21,443 bases of DNA from a bacterium (GCA_031385045.1 JANNBC010000056.1:1-21443), one strand, 5' to 3'. Positions 1-12,121 are shown, counted from the stretch's first letter. Translations and numbers: made by a program. The notes: generated by a model from the letters alone, not told the origin.

Positions 1-111
1 GAGGTAAAACAAATTGTTGCAGATTGGATCGAAAACTTTTATAACACTAGTCGAAGTCATTCTTCTATCAACTTCATGTCGCCTGCAGAGTTCGAGGCTA
101 AGTTAGCATGA
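1..111 (+). CDS. IS3-family transposase (integrase core), C-terminal end only; 5' part outside window
   Basis: Frame 1 reads EVKQIVADWIENFYNTSRSHSSINFMSPAEFEAKLA*, matching the IS3 OrfB C-terminal pattern WIExFYNxxRxHSxLxxxSPxxFE. Confidence 0.9.
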   Translation, partial: EVKQIVADWIENFYNTSRSHSSINFMSPAEFEAKLA

Positions 112-141
112 TAGAGCGTCCACTAAACGGGGGGAAGTCCA
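1..141 (+). mobile_element. Right end of an IS3-family insertion sequence, terminal inverted repeat at about 112-141
   Basis: The transposase stop is followed directly by TAGAGCGTCCACTAAACGGGGGGAAGTCCA, ending in CA-3' as IS3 ends do. Sequence switches to AT-rich host coding sequence at 142. Confidence 0.85.
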
Positions 142-142
142 A

Positions 143-1357
143 ATTGCTAAAATAGGCTTACCTTTTCAATCGATTTTTATAGTTAATTGGTTTTTTAGTT
201 TAGCAACAGCTTATCTAATTTTATTTAAATCACAATTTAATAAGATTGCAAGTGTTAGCATTTTGCTCAGTAGCGTGATGTTATATGAATATCCTGTAGT
301 TGCTAGGCATTATGCGTTATCAACTTTTCTGCTGTTCTTAGTAGTTGTGCTATTTCCTGAAAGAAATCTTAAGCAAACTAGATATCGCATTAGTTTATTT
401 CTACTGACTATTTCTAGCGTCTTTACATTAGCAATCTCAATAATATTTTTGTTCGAAAATGTTTATTCTATAAAAAAATTAAGTTTAAAGATTTTCTCAT
501 TTGCCCTTTTGCTGTTTGGGATTTTTACTATTTTTTATCTCTATGGAGCTCATAGACTATTAGGGCTTAATGATAAATTTAGTAATTGTGTGTTTAGTAA
601 TGATTCCTCTTGGTCTTGTCTAGCTAGCTTAACTTCGTTTTATCCTATACCAGAAATAATATTTCAACCTTTAATAGTATATATGTATTTATTGGTTTTA
701 ATTAGTTTAATAATTTTAATTCATTTAACTAAGGAAGCTATTTTTATTGCTACTCTATTATTAATTAATCTGCCCTGGTTATTTTATCTGTGCGAGGTAG
801 AGTATCGTAATAGATGTAGTTGGTATCATAGTGTTAATTTATATGTTTTTATGATTGCCGGAGTCTGGCTCTTCATGATTAATGTTAAGTGTTCACAAGA
901 GTATCGAAAAGTTCTACTCATTATTCTCATTTCTTCTGGATTATTGACGGCACCTATTGGCCTTCGCTCCATGTATTTAGACTATTCTTATCCTTACTCA
1001 GGGTCGAAAGACATGGCTAGATATATAGAAAATCATGTTCCCGAAGATTCGATTATTGCAACATATTCACCTATTCATACTACTACAATTCTGGCTTATC
1101 TTCCTAAGCGCAAACTCTACTATCTAGCACAGAAAGACTTTGTAACTTTTCGTGACTATCGGGTTTATATACCGATTAATAAAAATAACCCCAAGGATTT
1201 TGAGCAATTTCTAATTAAGAATAACTTGAATAACAAGCCGATGTATTTTATAGATATTTTAAAATATCAATATGGATTTGAAGCTAAGTACTTAGAGCAA
1301 ATTTATTTTAGTCAAGGGAGGAGAGAAGAATTTTATCTATATAAATTCAAAAAATAG
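143..1357 (+). pseudogene. 5'-truncated polytopic membrane protein, probable GT-C-fold glycosyltransferase, interrupted by IS3
   Basis: The frame of ORF 263..1357 stays open back to the IS end (IAKIGLPFQSIFIVNWFFSLATAYLILFKSQF...) with no ATG before the junction. It has many TM segments, a YEYPVVARHYAL motif and a soluble C-terminal domain (YPYSGSKDMARYI). Confidence 0.7.
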
Positions 1358-1399
1358 GTTAAGCATGTTTTAAATTTTTTTATTCTTACTGAAAACTAC

Positions 1400-2011
1400 A
1401 TGAGTGCTATTTTCATTACAGGAATCGGAACAGGAATTGGGAAAACGATTGTAACCTCAGTGCTCTGCCATGCCCTTCAATCTGATTATTGGAAACCAAT
1501 CCAATCCGGAATCGACTCAACAGATTCTGAATTTATTAGATCGGTAACTGATGTTCATGTACATCAAGAAGTCTATTTGCTAAAAGAACCTATTTCTCCA
1601 CATGCCTCTGCCAAGCTAGAAGGAATAGAGATTGATTTAGATAAAATAGTTATCCCAAATTACAAATCAAAATATTTATTTATCGAAGGAGTCGGTGGTA
1701 TAATGTCACCAATTAATGATAATATGACTAATTTAGATTTGATCCATAAACTAAATATTCCTGTTGTTATAGTTATCTCCAATTACCTTGGAAGTATTAA
1801 TCATAGTATGTTGACCTTAGAAAGCTTAAGAATGTCAAATCAAAATATTTTAGGTTTCATTGTTTCAGGGCAATCAAATAAAGAATCTGAACAATTCATT
1901 ATTGATAAAACAGGAGTTCCGCGATTGGCCTACATTCCTAAGATGCAATTTCTAGATAAGAGTACTATTAGTTTAGTTGCAAAGAAGCTCGAGATAAGTT
2001 GCTTTATCTAA
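1400..2011 (+). CDS. bioD: Dethiobiotin synthase
   Basis: FITGIGTGIGKT P-loop, YWKPIQSG, SPH, IEGVGG and LGSINH motifs; 203 aa. Confidence 0.95.
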   Translation: MSAIFITGIGTGIGKTIVTSVLCHALQSDYWKPIQSGIDSTDSEFIRSVTDVHVHQEVYLLKEPISPHASAKLEGIEIDLDKIVIPNYKSKYLFIEGVGGIMSPINDNMTNLDLIHKLNIPVVIVISNYLGSINHSMLTLESLRMSNQNILGFIVSGQSNKESEQFIIDKTGVPRLAYIPKMQFLDKSTISLVAKKLEISCFI

Positions 2012-2114
2012 AATGAAATATAGAGCACACTTAGAGCGCTGGATTGAGAAAGGGTTTTCCCTAGTTAGTAATCACGACTTGATCTTATAACTCAAGTAAG
2101 GAAGACTATTACTC

Positions 2115-2193
2115 GGCGCTGGGCAAATTTGATCATTTGTGCTTTACTCACAATCAAGATCTGCGCTATTTCGCAGAAAGTTGCCTGGCCTCC
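2115..2193. repeat. Short (~80 bp) unit bounded by inverted copies of the 16-bp repeat
   Basis: Left GGCGCTGGGCAAATTT (2115-2130), conserved 31-nt inner motif (2131-2161), right AAAGTTGCCTGGCCTCC (2177-2193). Confidence 0.75.
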
Positions 2194-2304
2194 AAAAGCA
2201 AATTCAAAAAGCTAAAGTAATATTTTGAGGTGTCTGTCCTAAATGTCTGTAAGCAAATTATTGAATTTTATTTTTTGGAATAACAATAACTTTTAGAAGA
2301 ATAA

Positions 2305-4473
<2,169 letters not shown>

Positions 4474-4496
4474 TATTTGAGGCTAAGAAGTTTGGG

Positions 4497-4533
4497 GAGC
4501 CTGTGGTTTATTTAGCTCACAGGTTCTTTTCTT
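4497..4533 (+). terminator. Probable intrinsic terminator after katG
   Basis: GAGCCTGTG-N12-CACAGGTTC stem (one G:U pair) followed by TTTTCTT, about 25 nt after the stop. Confidence 0.65.
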
Positions 4534-4591
4534 ATAAAATAAATAAACTTACCTACCTAAGTCAATCGCCTGAGGCATGCTAATAAATAAT

Positions 4592-5413
4592 TTATTTAAA
4601 TAATGAAATATTAGGGGAGTCCGGATATCCATAATCCACATTACCACCATTTGCGTAAAGCACACCAAATACTGCATCATAAACATCCATAGAAGTAGGA
4701 GCAGGTAAACTAATTAGTCTAGCTACTGATCCATCAGCAGAAACTAAACTTAGGTTTTCTGGAAACCCCAAAGCATCGAGAGCAAAACCCATACTAGGAC
4801 CTTCTCTATTCTCAATATTAAAGCCCATGGAATATGCAGTACATTCAGACTGTCGTTCCAAATTATAACGAACGATGGTTACTCTTCCATATTCTGGCGT
4901 TAAAACAGAGGCAACTTGAATAAAATGGGAGTACTGGCTAAAAGCATTTTCTAAAATATCTAAATTTCTAATAGATGGTAATACGTCCTGTCGAAGATCG
5001 TGATCTGCCGGGATGACGGTAGTAATAGAGAAATCATCAATCTGAGATTCAAGTCTGGCGAGAAAATCTGGATCGATTACAGCACAATAAAAGATAATGT
5101 CTTTATATCGAGATTCTAGATTATCCAACCAATATCTCTGTTCCTTATCCCATCGTCCAGGCTCATCTACTGAATATGTATGTTGAACGACTTGCAGTAC
5201 TAAGCTGTCCAAATCTTGTCTTGCTGCAGTTATTAATAAAGATCCTAAATCACCAATTCCTCGCTCGCCTTCTGCGTTAGGAGAATTTAAGATTTTAGCA
5301 GAAATTTTTTCATGACATCTAGTTATCACTGGAGTCATTAGTTCTAACTCGAGAGCTGTAATCTCAACACCATAAATTTTCCGACTTTTGTCTCTGGGGT
5401 CAAAATCTGTCAT
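4592..5413 (-). CDS. Hypothetical protein (273 aa)
   Basis: Long open frame with ATG start and globular composition; no motif recognised. Confidence 0.75.
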   Translation of the reverse strand: MTDFDPRDKSRKIYGVEITALELELMTPVITRCHEKISAKILNSPNAEGERGIGDLGSLLITAARQDLDSLVLQVVQHTYSVDEPGRWDKEQRYWLDNLESRYKDIIFYCAVIDPDFLARLESQIDDFSITTVIPADHDLRQDVLPSIRNLDILENAFSQYSHFIQVASVLTPEYGRVTIVRYNLERQSECTAYSMGFNIENREGPSMGFALDALGFPENLSLVSADGSVARLISLPAPTSMDVYDAVFGVLYANGGNVDYGYPDSPNISLFK

Positions 5414-5583
5414 AAGGAAATAGCTAATAATTAGATTATCAGTAAACTATGCAATATTGCTTCTTAATAAAAAACATTTCAAGGAAAGTAATAGCAAATA
5501 TATCGAATTAAACAGAAATGCGATTTCTAAAGATGAACTGCTTAGATTTCATTAGTTGAGATGCGTAGGCGTTCTAAGGCACT

Positions 5584-6018
5584 TTAGTTTGAAGAAAATG
5601 ATTCATTTAATAAGTTAACATGAGAATGCTCCGTTACTTTTTTTTGCCCAATACGACTATGAATAGTATCAAAAAGTTGTTTACTTTGGATACCCGTTTC
5701 TCTAGCATGACTGAGTATTAACTCATTACGAGCCTCTACATTTATTCCCTGGCCTGAACCTTCTGAAGAAGCTCGTACTTTGATGTCATTTACACTTACA
5801 CCATAAAAAGTCACCTCTCCAGTCCAGCCTACACTTTTCCAAATATGAATTTGATCAGATCCCTCCTTTCCAAGTCTATAACTCTCATGAAGATTGCCAC
5901 CAGGTGCCGTTTTATTAAAGATCCATTCTTTAGGATCACTTTTTTCAATTATAGCACGTATGTCATCAAATTTAAGGTTTGACTCATTCTTAATTGAGGT
6001 CGAAGAAAATGCAGCCAT
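5584..6018 (-). CDS. Hypothetical protein (144 aa)
   Basis: ATG preceded by a strong RBS (AAGGAG); no motif recognised. Confidence 0.75.
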   Translation of the reverse strand: MAAFSSTSIKNESNLKFDDIRAIIEKSDPKEWIFNKTAPGGNLHESYRLGKEGSDQIHIWKSVGWTGEVTFYGVSVNDIKVRASSEGSGQGINVEARNELILSHARETGIQSKQLFDTIHSRIGQKKVTEHSHVNLLNESFSSN

Positions 6019-6265
6019 CTAAACTCCTTCTTAAGGATAGATAAAATATTTGTTTCTTTTTACTTAGTTATATCAGAGATATTCATGAAATTGCTTCTGC
6101 CACTACTGAGAGATAAGTAAGATAAGTGGACAAAAATAAAGAGGGTAAAGGTAGAGAAAAGGGGAGTATTTTTTACTATCGAATCTAATTACTCATAAAT
6201 ACAAGCATTTTTCCTTCTTGAACCACCCTCTCAGTGATTGATATAAGACTGTGGAACCCTCGCCA

Positions 6266-6916
6266 TTATCGTATAAGTTCAACAACTCTTTTTATTGTCC
6301 TGATATCTTCTCCGTAGAAGACATCCCCATCCTTTAAAGTTTTAAAAGGAATCTTCAGTTGCTTGCAGCGCTCCACATCTTTTTCAATATCGGCTGACTC
6401 AGGATGGTCAGATCTGTAATGAGGTAAAATTATGTAATTGAGTATATCCAACCCTTCCCAGATTGGTTCTTTAATTTCTGGATATGGAAATTGTTTATGA
6501 TCATCGACGACCCGAATGCCGTCAAGATTTGGTGCTAGGACACAGATGCCGGCCGAATAACCTCCGTATAAAAATGAGCTATCTTGAAATAAATTTATAA
6601 TCTCATCGAATCCACTGAGCCGCATCGCTTGCCTAAGTACAAATGTATTCCCTCCAGTTACCCAAACGCCATTGAATTTTGAAAGTACTTCTTGAAGTTT
6701 GTTGAGGGCTCCGAAAAAATCTTTTAGGTCTAATAATTCAGCTTTAACTCCAATATCAAGAAGATCTTGAATGTTACGCTTTTTATTTTCCGAGTGTTCT
6801 TTTGCTGGAATATGGTCAAGGGCGTTAGGGATATATGCAAGCGGCCCCCCATTGGAGAGATCTATAAGCTTGTCTCCGTGTTGGCCAATACGATAGGAGC
6901 TTAAGTAGTATTTCAT
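6266..6916 (-). CDS. Peptidase E (S51) family / class I glutamine amidotransferase-like protein
   Basis: YIPNA, VWVTGGNTFVL, YGGYSAG nucleophile elbow, EGL and ILPHY motifs. Confidence 0.9.
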   Translation of the reverse strand: MKYYLSSYRIGQHGDKLIDLSNGGPLAYIPNALDHIPAKEHSENKKRNIQDLLDIGVKAELLDLKDFFGALNKLQEVLSKFNGVWVTGGNTFVLRQAMRLSGFDEIINLFQDSSFLYGGYSAGICVLAPNLDGIRVVDDHKQFPYPEIKEPIWEGLDILNYIILPHYRSDHPESADIEKDVERCKQLKIPFKTLKDGDVFYGEDIRTIKRVVELIR

Positions 6917-7072
6917 AGAGCTTGCAACTAATCCATCAAGAGCCAGCCTTCATTCCTGACTTCACTCCATAATAAATATATGAGCTAACAAAGCAAGGAA
7001 TTTATTATTTACTTTATGAGATTAGTCCATTCGACATCGAACCAGTCTTATGTCAAAGATAACAACCGGTTC

Positions 7073-7088
7073 AATGTTGCCTGACTCT
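7073..7088 (+). repeat. Solo copy of the 16-bp repeat
   Basis: AATGTTGCCTGACTCT (13/16 to consensus), followed by an A-run as in other copies. Confidence 0.6.
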
Positions 7089-7114
7089 AAAAAGTAAAGC
7101 TCCTTAAATTGTCT

Positions 7115-7738
7115 TTAGCCACCAGTCTGTGAATTTAGAGCATCCACATCTTTACTTTCAGGCGAATTAGACTGTCGCAGGAAGATTGTCAGAACTACAA
7201 TTGATAAGACTGCAAGAAATTCACTTTGCCAGTTTTGAAATGACTGAAACCAGAATTCTGCACTTGTTATGAATTCTGTTAATTGTTGGGATTCAAGTCC
7301 ATGGCTGATACGGTTTTCATTAGATACAATTAATCCTCCGTAGGCGTGGATAGTAAATGAAAACGTAAAAAGTAATAAAAACGCTAATGATAAAGAGTTG
7401 CGGTAAAGAAAGCTTGGCGATCTGCGAAGGTGATAATTTCGTACCTTTTTCTTTTCGTCCGGATCTTTTGATTCAGCAGAACCTCTTTGAAAAAGAAATG
7501 CTGTCAGCATTACATAAAAACCCATTTGTAAAAATTCACTTTCCCAATTTTCACCTGTCGCCTGCCAGAAATGCCCTGAAAAAAGATACTGCATCAAACT
7601 TAGCTCTTTGAATCCCAGTAAATGCAGCTCTTGATTGTGAAGTATATTTCCACTGAGTGCTTGCGCAACCCAACAGCCAAGAAATAAAATTATAAGTACT
7701 ATGGATAAGCCATTATCTCTAAAAGTTTTTTTATTCAA
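7115..7738 (-). CDS. DUF6766-like membrane protein
   Basis: Two internally repeated halves: NGLSI..FWQATGENWESEFL..QRGSAESK and NSLSL..FWFQSFQNWQSEFL..QSNSPESK. TTG start with an AAGGAG RBS. Confidence 0.85.
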   Translation of the reverse strand: MNKKTFRDNGLSIVLIILFLGCWVAQALSGNILHNQELHLLGFKELSLMQYLFSGHFWQATGENWESEFLQMGFYVMLTAFLFQRGSAESKDPDEKKKVRNYHLRRSPSFLYRNSLSLAFLLLFTFSFTIHAYGGLIVSNENRISHGLESQQLTEFITSAEFWFQSFQNWQSEFLAVLSIVVLTIFLRQSNSPESKDVDALNSQTGG

Positions 7739-7845
7739 CTATTCTCCTTTGTTTTTTTAAAAAAGGTATAAGTAAATTGGCTTTCGACACTAAGCAAATC
7801 AAGTAATTGATCTGAAGGAGGAACGTCTGTTGTTTGTGATTTCAT
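7735..7845 (-). CDS. Possible 36-aa small ORF coupled to the DUF6766-like gene
   Basis: MKSQTTDVPPSDQLLDLLSVESQFTYTFFKKTKENS*. Its TGA overlaps the downstream TTG start (TTGA). Confidence 0.3.
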   Translation of the reverse strand: MKSQTTDVPPSDQLLDLLSVESQFTYTFFKKTKENS

Positions 7846-8087
7846 GTTAATCAATTAAAAATGCTTGATTAATCAATGATGCGAAGATGAAATTGTCAAT
7901 TTAATTTACCACAGTCTTGATAGCAGGCTATGATAATGCTCATATCCAGAAAAATGTCCTGTTTGGGTGATGCTTCCTCACTATTATGTTTTTACTTTAC
8001 TGAAAGGCAAGCAATTCTAAGGGGAGGAGAGGAGCATTGTTGTGCCAGCATTCTCTGTAATGATATTTAACTTATATGTTTGGATCT

Positions 8088-9350
8088 TTAATAATTGCTT
8101 TTGTTATGGTCTTTAAGAATTAAACGGAGAGAAGTATCTTTTGTAAAATAATTCCATGCCCAGTGGATGAAAATAATTAGTTTATTACGAACACTAAGGA
8201 TTAACATTAAGTGAAGGAACATCCAGATAAACCAAGCAAGTCTTCCTTTGAACTCGATAAAAGGTAAATCTACAATTGCTTTATGCTTACCAATTGTCGC
8301 CATTGTTCCAAGATTAGAGTACTCATATTCAGCAAGTGGTTTATTTAGCAAGCCAGACTTTAAATTTTTTGCTAAATTTTTAGCTTGATTTATGGCAACA
8401 TTCGCTAATTGTGGGTGGCCTTTAGGATATTTTGGAGTTTCCATCAAAGCAATATCCCCCAGGGCATAAATGTTTTGATAGCCTTCAATTAGATTATAGC
8501 GATTGACTCTAAAACGACTTTTATTGACGATAGCAGACTCATTAATTCCATTGATAATATTTCCTGTGACGCCAGCTGCCCAGATGACTAATTTACTCTT
8601 AATAGTTTCTTCATTATTTAAGGTGATTACTCGGCCATCATAGTTTTTAACAAATACACCTGTTTGAACACTGACGCCCAATTCTTCTAGATATTGTTTA
8701 GAAGCATTCTTAGCAAAATCACTCATCGAGTTTAATGTATGTGGGCTACCTTCTAGTAAAATAATCTTTAGTTTATTAAAATCCATTTGGGGAAAATCTT
8801 TAGGAAGGATGGTTTTCTTAATTTCAGCAAGTGAGCCAGCTAATTCCACGCCCGTTGGTCCACCTCCAACAATTACTATATTAAATAAGAATTCTTTTTC
8901 TTGATCTTCAGCTGAAATCCATTCTTCAAACCCCAGTAGTAGAGCATTTCTAATTTTAATGGCGTCATAGGTTGTTTTTAGTCCATAGCAATAATGCTCT
9001 AAGTTGGGATTACCAAAAAAATTACTTTTGCATCCCGTAGCCAGAATTAACTGATCGTAATCAAAGTTGCCGATGTCTGTTTGAATTTGATTTAGATTAG
9101 AATTAATACTTTGAACTTCAGTTAGACGAATCTGGAGATTGTTTTTTTTCTGAAAAATCTTTCTAAGTGGAAAGGAGATACTACTTGGTTCGATCTGAGA
9201 AGTTGCAACTTGATAAAAAAGCGGCTGAAATTGGTGGTGAGTTAACTTGTCGATTAGTAATATTTCAAAAAGTGTTTCATCTAAATGTTCCACTAATTGC
9301 AATCCCGCAAATCCAGCTCCAACTACAATAATTTTTTTCTTTTTGATCAT
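8088..9350 (-). CDS. ndh: Type II NADH:quinone oxidoreductase
   Basis: VVGAGFAG, FQPLFYQVAT, IVGGGPTGVELAG, IWAAGV, YALGD motifs and a C-terminal membrane anchor (AWFIWMFLHL). Confidence 0.93.
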   Translation of the reverse strand: MIKKKKIIVVGAGFAGLQLVEHLDETLFEILLIDKLTHHQFQPLFYQVATSQIEPSSISFPLRKIFQKKNNLQIRLTEVQSINSNLNQIQTDIGNFDYDQLILATGCKSNFFGNPNLEHYCYGLKTTYDAIKIRNALLLGFEEWISAEDQEKEFLFNIVIVGGGPTGVELAGSLAEIKKTILPKDFPQMDFNKLKIILLEGSPHTLNSMSDFAKNASKQYLEELGVSVQTGVFVKNYDGRVITLNNEETIKSKLVIWAAGVTGNIINGINESAIVNKSRFRVNRYNLIEGYQNIYALGDIALMETPKYPKGHPQLANVAINQAKNLAKNLKSGLLNKPLAEYEYSNLGTMATIGKHKAIVDLPFIEFKGRLAWFIWMFLHLMLILSVRNKLIIFIHWAWNYFTKDTSLRLILKDHNKSNY

Positions 9351-9427
9351 AGGGTTCTACTGCTCATGGAAATAAATTTTGCTAGTTGAGATTGTAGTCT
9401 AAAAAATACGACTATTAATCTGAGAGG

Positions 9428-9436
9428 AGTATAGCA
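9428..9436 (-). promoter_or_regulatory. Possible extended -10 promoter for ndh
   Basis: TGCTATACT (TGnTATAcT) on the minus strand about 80 nt upstream of the ATG; no good -35. Confidence 0.35.
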
Positions 9437-9659
9437 TACTAGATAAGGGTTCACTTTAAGGCAGTTCTGCCAAATAATTGCTTATAAACCAAAATAGTTA
9501 CTAACATCGGGGTTAATATACCAATAGTTAAGTTTTAACCTAGCAAAGTCTTTCTTTGAATATCGCTTGCCCCAAAACTTCAAAGTAAAAAAGATTATAG
9601 CAATCTTAGTCTGACTCCAGTATCCTAAAGTTCTTAGACTTTTATTTATTTCAAATTAC

Positions 9660-11426
9660 ATGAAAAGATCATTGCTACCAATTTGTTTGCTACTAACTTT
9701 TAGTTGTGGATTTTTTGGAGCTGTCTCTCCCGTGATGGCAGTTGAGATTAATGTCACAACAGAGGGAGATGATCTAAGTATCAATGGCAACTGTAGCCTG
9801 CGAGAAGCAATTAAGGCTGCAAATGATAATGCTACCATTGATAATTGTGTGGCAGGATCGGATTTTGAGATTGATCAAATTATTTTAGGTCGAGGCACAT
9901 TCTCTATTAGCATAGTTGGTAGTGCCGAAGATGATAATCTTACCGGTGACTTTGATGTTACTGATGATACACAAATTATTGGAGTAAGCCCAGGACTCAC
10001 ATTACTAAGTGGCGCTGGGCTTGATCGAGTTTTAGAAGTACATTCCGGAGTCATTTTTCAAATTGAAAATTTAACAATTGAAGATGGAAATGTTTCTGGA
10101 CCAGGGGGAGGCTTGTATCTGAAGGATTTGACGGATGTTGATATCACTAATCTTCGTTTTCAAAATAATGAAAGTAGCAATTTTGGTGGAGCAATTGCTA
10201 ATAATGAAGGACATTTAAACATTACTAACTCTTTGTTTCAAGCTAATTATGCGGAATCTTATGGTGGAGCAATTAGTTCCTATGGCGTGACTCCTCCTTT
10301 TGTTGAAATTAATAGTTCTACCTTCAGTGGAAATTCAATTGGCATAGCAGGTAGTAGTGCTGGTGGAGCAATTGAAGTTAATTCTGGCTTTGCAACTTTA
10401 AATAATTTAACAGTTGTTAATAATACAGCTGAAGGTGATGGCCAAGGTGGTGGAATTGCTGTCACTGGAGGTAATGTTGGTTTTAGAAATACTGTCTTCT
10501 GGGGAAATAATAGTGTAACAAGTCCGAACTGTGTTCAAACAAGTGGGACTCTAGCATCTAATGGGTATAATTTTATTGCTGATAATACAGGTTGTACATA
10601 TTTAACTAGTAGCTCAGATCAAGTGGGAACAAATGTTAGTCCTATTGATCCCCAATTAATTGCGCTTAGTAATAATGGTGGGGGAACATTAACCTACGGA
10701 ATTAATCTTGGTAGTCCGTTAATTGATCGGGGCAGTCCATCGCCATTAGATAGTGGAGGGGACTCCTGTAATTTAATAGATCAAAGAGGATTGCCTCGTG
10801 CTAATGATGGAGATGGAATTAGTGGCGGTGCTTGTGACATTGGTGCCGTGGAATATTATCTTACTACTTCATCTTCATTTGTGAGTAGAAAAAGACAAGA
10901 TGGATTTATCGTGGAAGGTAGTAGTTCTGGAATTGGGGCACGGGTAATTTCTGATAAAACTCTTAAGGTCGGTGACACCGCAAGCAATCGTCAGTTGCTC
11001 TCATTGCTAAGTTTTAATACTAGTTTAATTCCTGATTCTGCTGTCATTCTTAGTGTAGAGTTATCTCTGAAGCGCAGAGCAATTAGAGGGATTAATCCGG
11101 TGACAACGCACGGTGATTTGTTATTACAAATCAAGAATGGTTTTTTTGGTGCAAATGCCCGACTTAAGAAAAATGATTTTGAATCCTTAGCTAACGATCT
11201 TCAGGCTGGGACACTCTTAGAAGATAGCTTATTGCTTGGTAATTATTCTGGTGCAATTCACGATATTGATTATTCCAATATTAATCATACAGGCACAACA
11301 CAATTTCGTTTAGCATTCGCCTCTGATGATAATGATAATGGAGTAGCCGATCAATTAATTTTTCATGGAGATACTTCCGCCAGAGCTGATCGTCCTGTAC
11401 TTCAAGTTACTTGGGTGGAGCCCTAG
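9660..11426 (+). CDS. Secreted CSLREA-domain beta-helix protein with choice-of-anchor Q-like region and a C-terminal beta-sandwich domain
   Basis: Signal peptide, literal CSLREAI motif, repeated FxxN..GGAI motifs, NNGGGTLT..GSPLIDRG..DQRG..CDIGAVE, then a ~185-aa C-terminal domain (QDGFI..SFNT..PDSAVI..TQFRL.F..DD). Confidence 0.9.
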   Translation: MKRSLLPICLLLTFSCGFFGAVSPVMAVEINVTTEGDDLSINGNCSLREAIKAANDNATIDNCVAGSDFEIDQIILGRGTFSISIVGSAEDDNLTGDFDVTDDTQIIGVSPGLTLLSGAGLDRVLEVHSGVIFQIENLTIEDGNVSGPGGGLYLKDLTDVDITNLRFQNNESSNFGGAIANNEGHLNITNSLFQANYAESYGGAISSYGVTPPFVEINSSTFSGNSIGIAGSSAGGAIEVNSGFATLNNLTVVNNTAEGDGQGGGIAVTGGNVGFRNTVFWGNNSVTSPNCVQTSGTLASNGYNFIADNTGCTYLTSSSDQVGTNVSPIDPQLIALSNNGGGTLTYGINLGSPLIDRGSPSPLDSGGDSCNLIDQRGLPRANDGDGISGGACDIGAVEYYLTTSSSFVSRKRQDGFIVEGSSSGIGARVISDKTLKVGDTASNRQLLSLLSFNTSLIPDSAVILSVELSLKRRAIRGINPVTTHGDLLLQIKNGFFGANARLKKNDFESLANDLQAGTLLEDSLLLGNYSGAIHDIDYSNINHTGTTQFRLAFASDDNDNGVADQLIFHGDTSARADRPVLQVTWVEP

Positions 11427-11446
11427 TAACTCGGTTAATTTTATTT

Positions 11447-11523
11447 GGAGTCAGGAATTTTTTAGATATCCTCTTTTTACTCGATTTATAATTTTAGACT
11501 TGAGAATAGATGTGTCTGGTTCA
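11447..11523. repeat. Degenerate short unit bounded by inverted 16-bp repeats
   Basis: Left GGAGTCAGG-AATTTT (11447-11461), weak right AGATGTGTCTGGTTCA (11508-11523). Span is similar to the 2115-2193 unit, with TTTACTC at the equivalent offset. Confidence 0.5.
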
Positions 11524-11659
11524 AGAGTAAGGCATCGGAACTGCTCAGTTAATTAGTAATAATAGAAATTTACCATTTTAGTTACCATTACAGTGCTAGT
11601 ATCTTAGGATGTCTGATTGCTGATAATGAATCAGGCTTTTTATTTTTGAGATTCTTAAT

Positions 11660-12121
11660 ATGAAGGTAAACAAATTTTTTATATTAGCTATTACAACTTT
11701 AAGTTTTGCTAGCTCGGCACTTGCTAGTGATTATATAACTTGTGAATCAAAGAGCGACCGCCGAAGTTACTGTGATGTTCCTCACTCGTATGATGCTGAC
11801 ATTCGTTTGTCACGCATTTTTAGCAAATCCTCTTGTGTTGAAGGTGAATCTTGGGGCATTGATGATCGAGGAGTCTGGGTTGATCGAGGCTGTCGTGCAG
11901 AATTTGAAGTTATTAGTTCTAGGCGTGCTTACGATGATAATCATGATGGCTATGATAGAGAAAGACAGCAACAAACTCCAGCAGTGCAAGATGAGCATTG
12001 CCCAAGTGGATTTGAGCCAGGTAATCATCGATGTAGCCAGGGTGAGCGCAAAAGAGGCTGCAAGGATATGAGGATGCCTGGAGGCACGACATGCAACAAT
12101 CATGGTTGGGGAAATAAATAA
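11660..12121 (+). CDS. Secreted DUF3011-domain protein with an additional four-Cys C-terminal module
   Basis: Signal peptide (..ALA), ITCES..RRSYC..SCVEGESWG..GVWVDRGCRAEF pattern, C-terminal CPSGFEP..C..ERKRGCKD..GTTC. Confidence 0.85.
   Translation: MKVNKFFILAITTLSFASSALASDYITCESKSDRRSYCDVPHSYDADIRLSRIFSKSSCVEGESWGIDDRGVWVDRGCRAEFEVISSRRAYDDNHDGYDRERQQQTPAVQDEHCPSGFEPGNHRCSQGERKRGCKDMRMPGGTTCNNHGWGNK

Noticed and set aside
2227..2243. GAGGTGTCTGTCCTAAA (and TAGTCTGACTCCA near 9607-9619) as further repeat copies
   Set aside because: Too divergent from the consensus to count without a genome-wide profile.
7847..7876. TTGATTAATCAA palindrome (7865-7876) as an FNR site
   Set aside because: FNR needs TTGAT-N4-ATCAA; the spacing here is N2, and AT-rich palindromes are common by chance.
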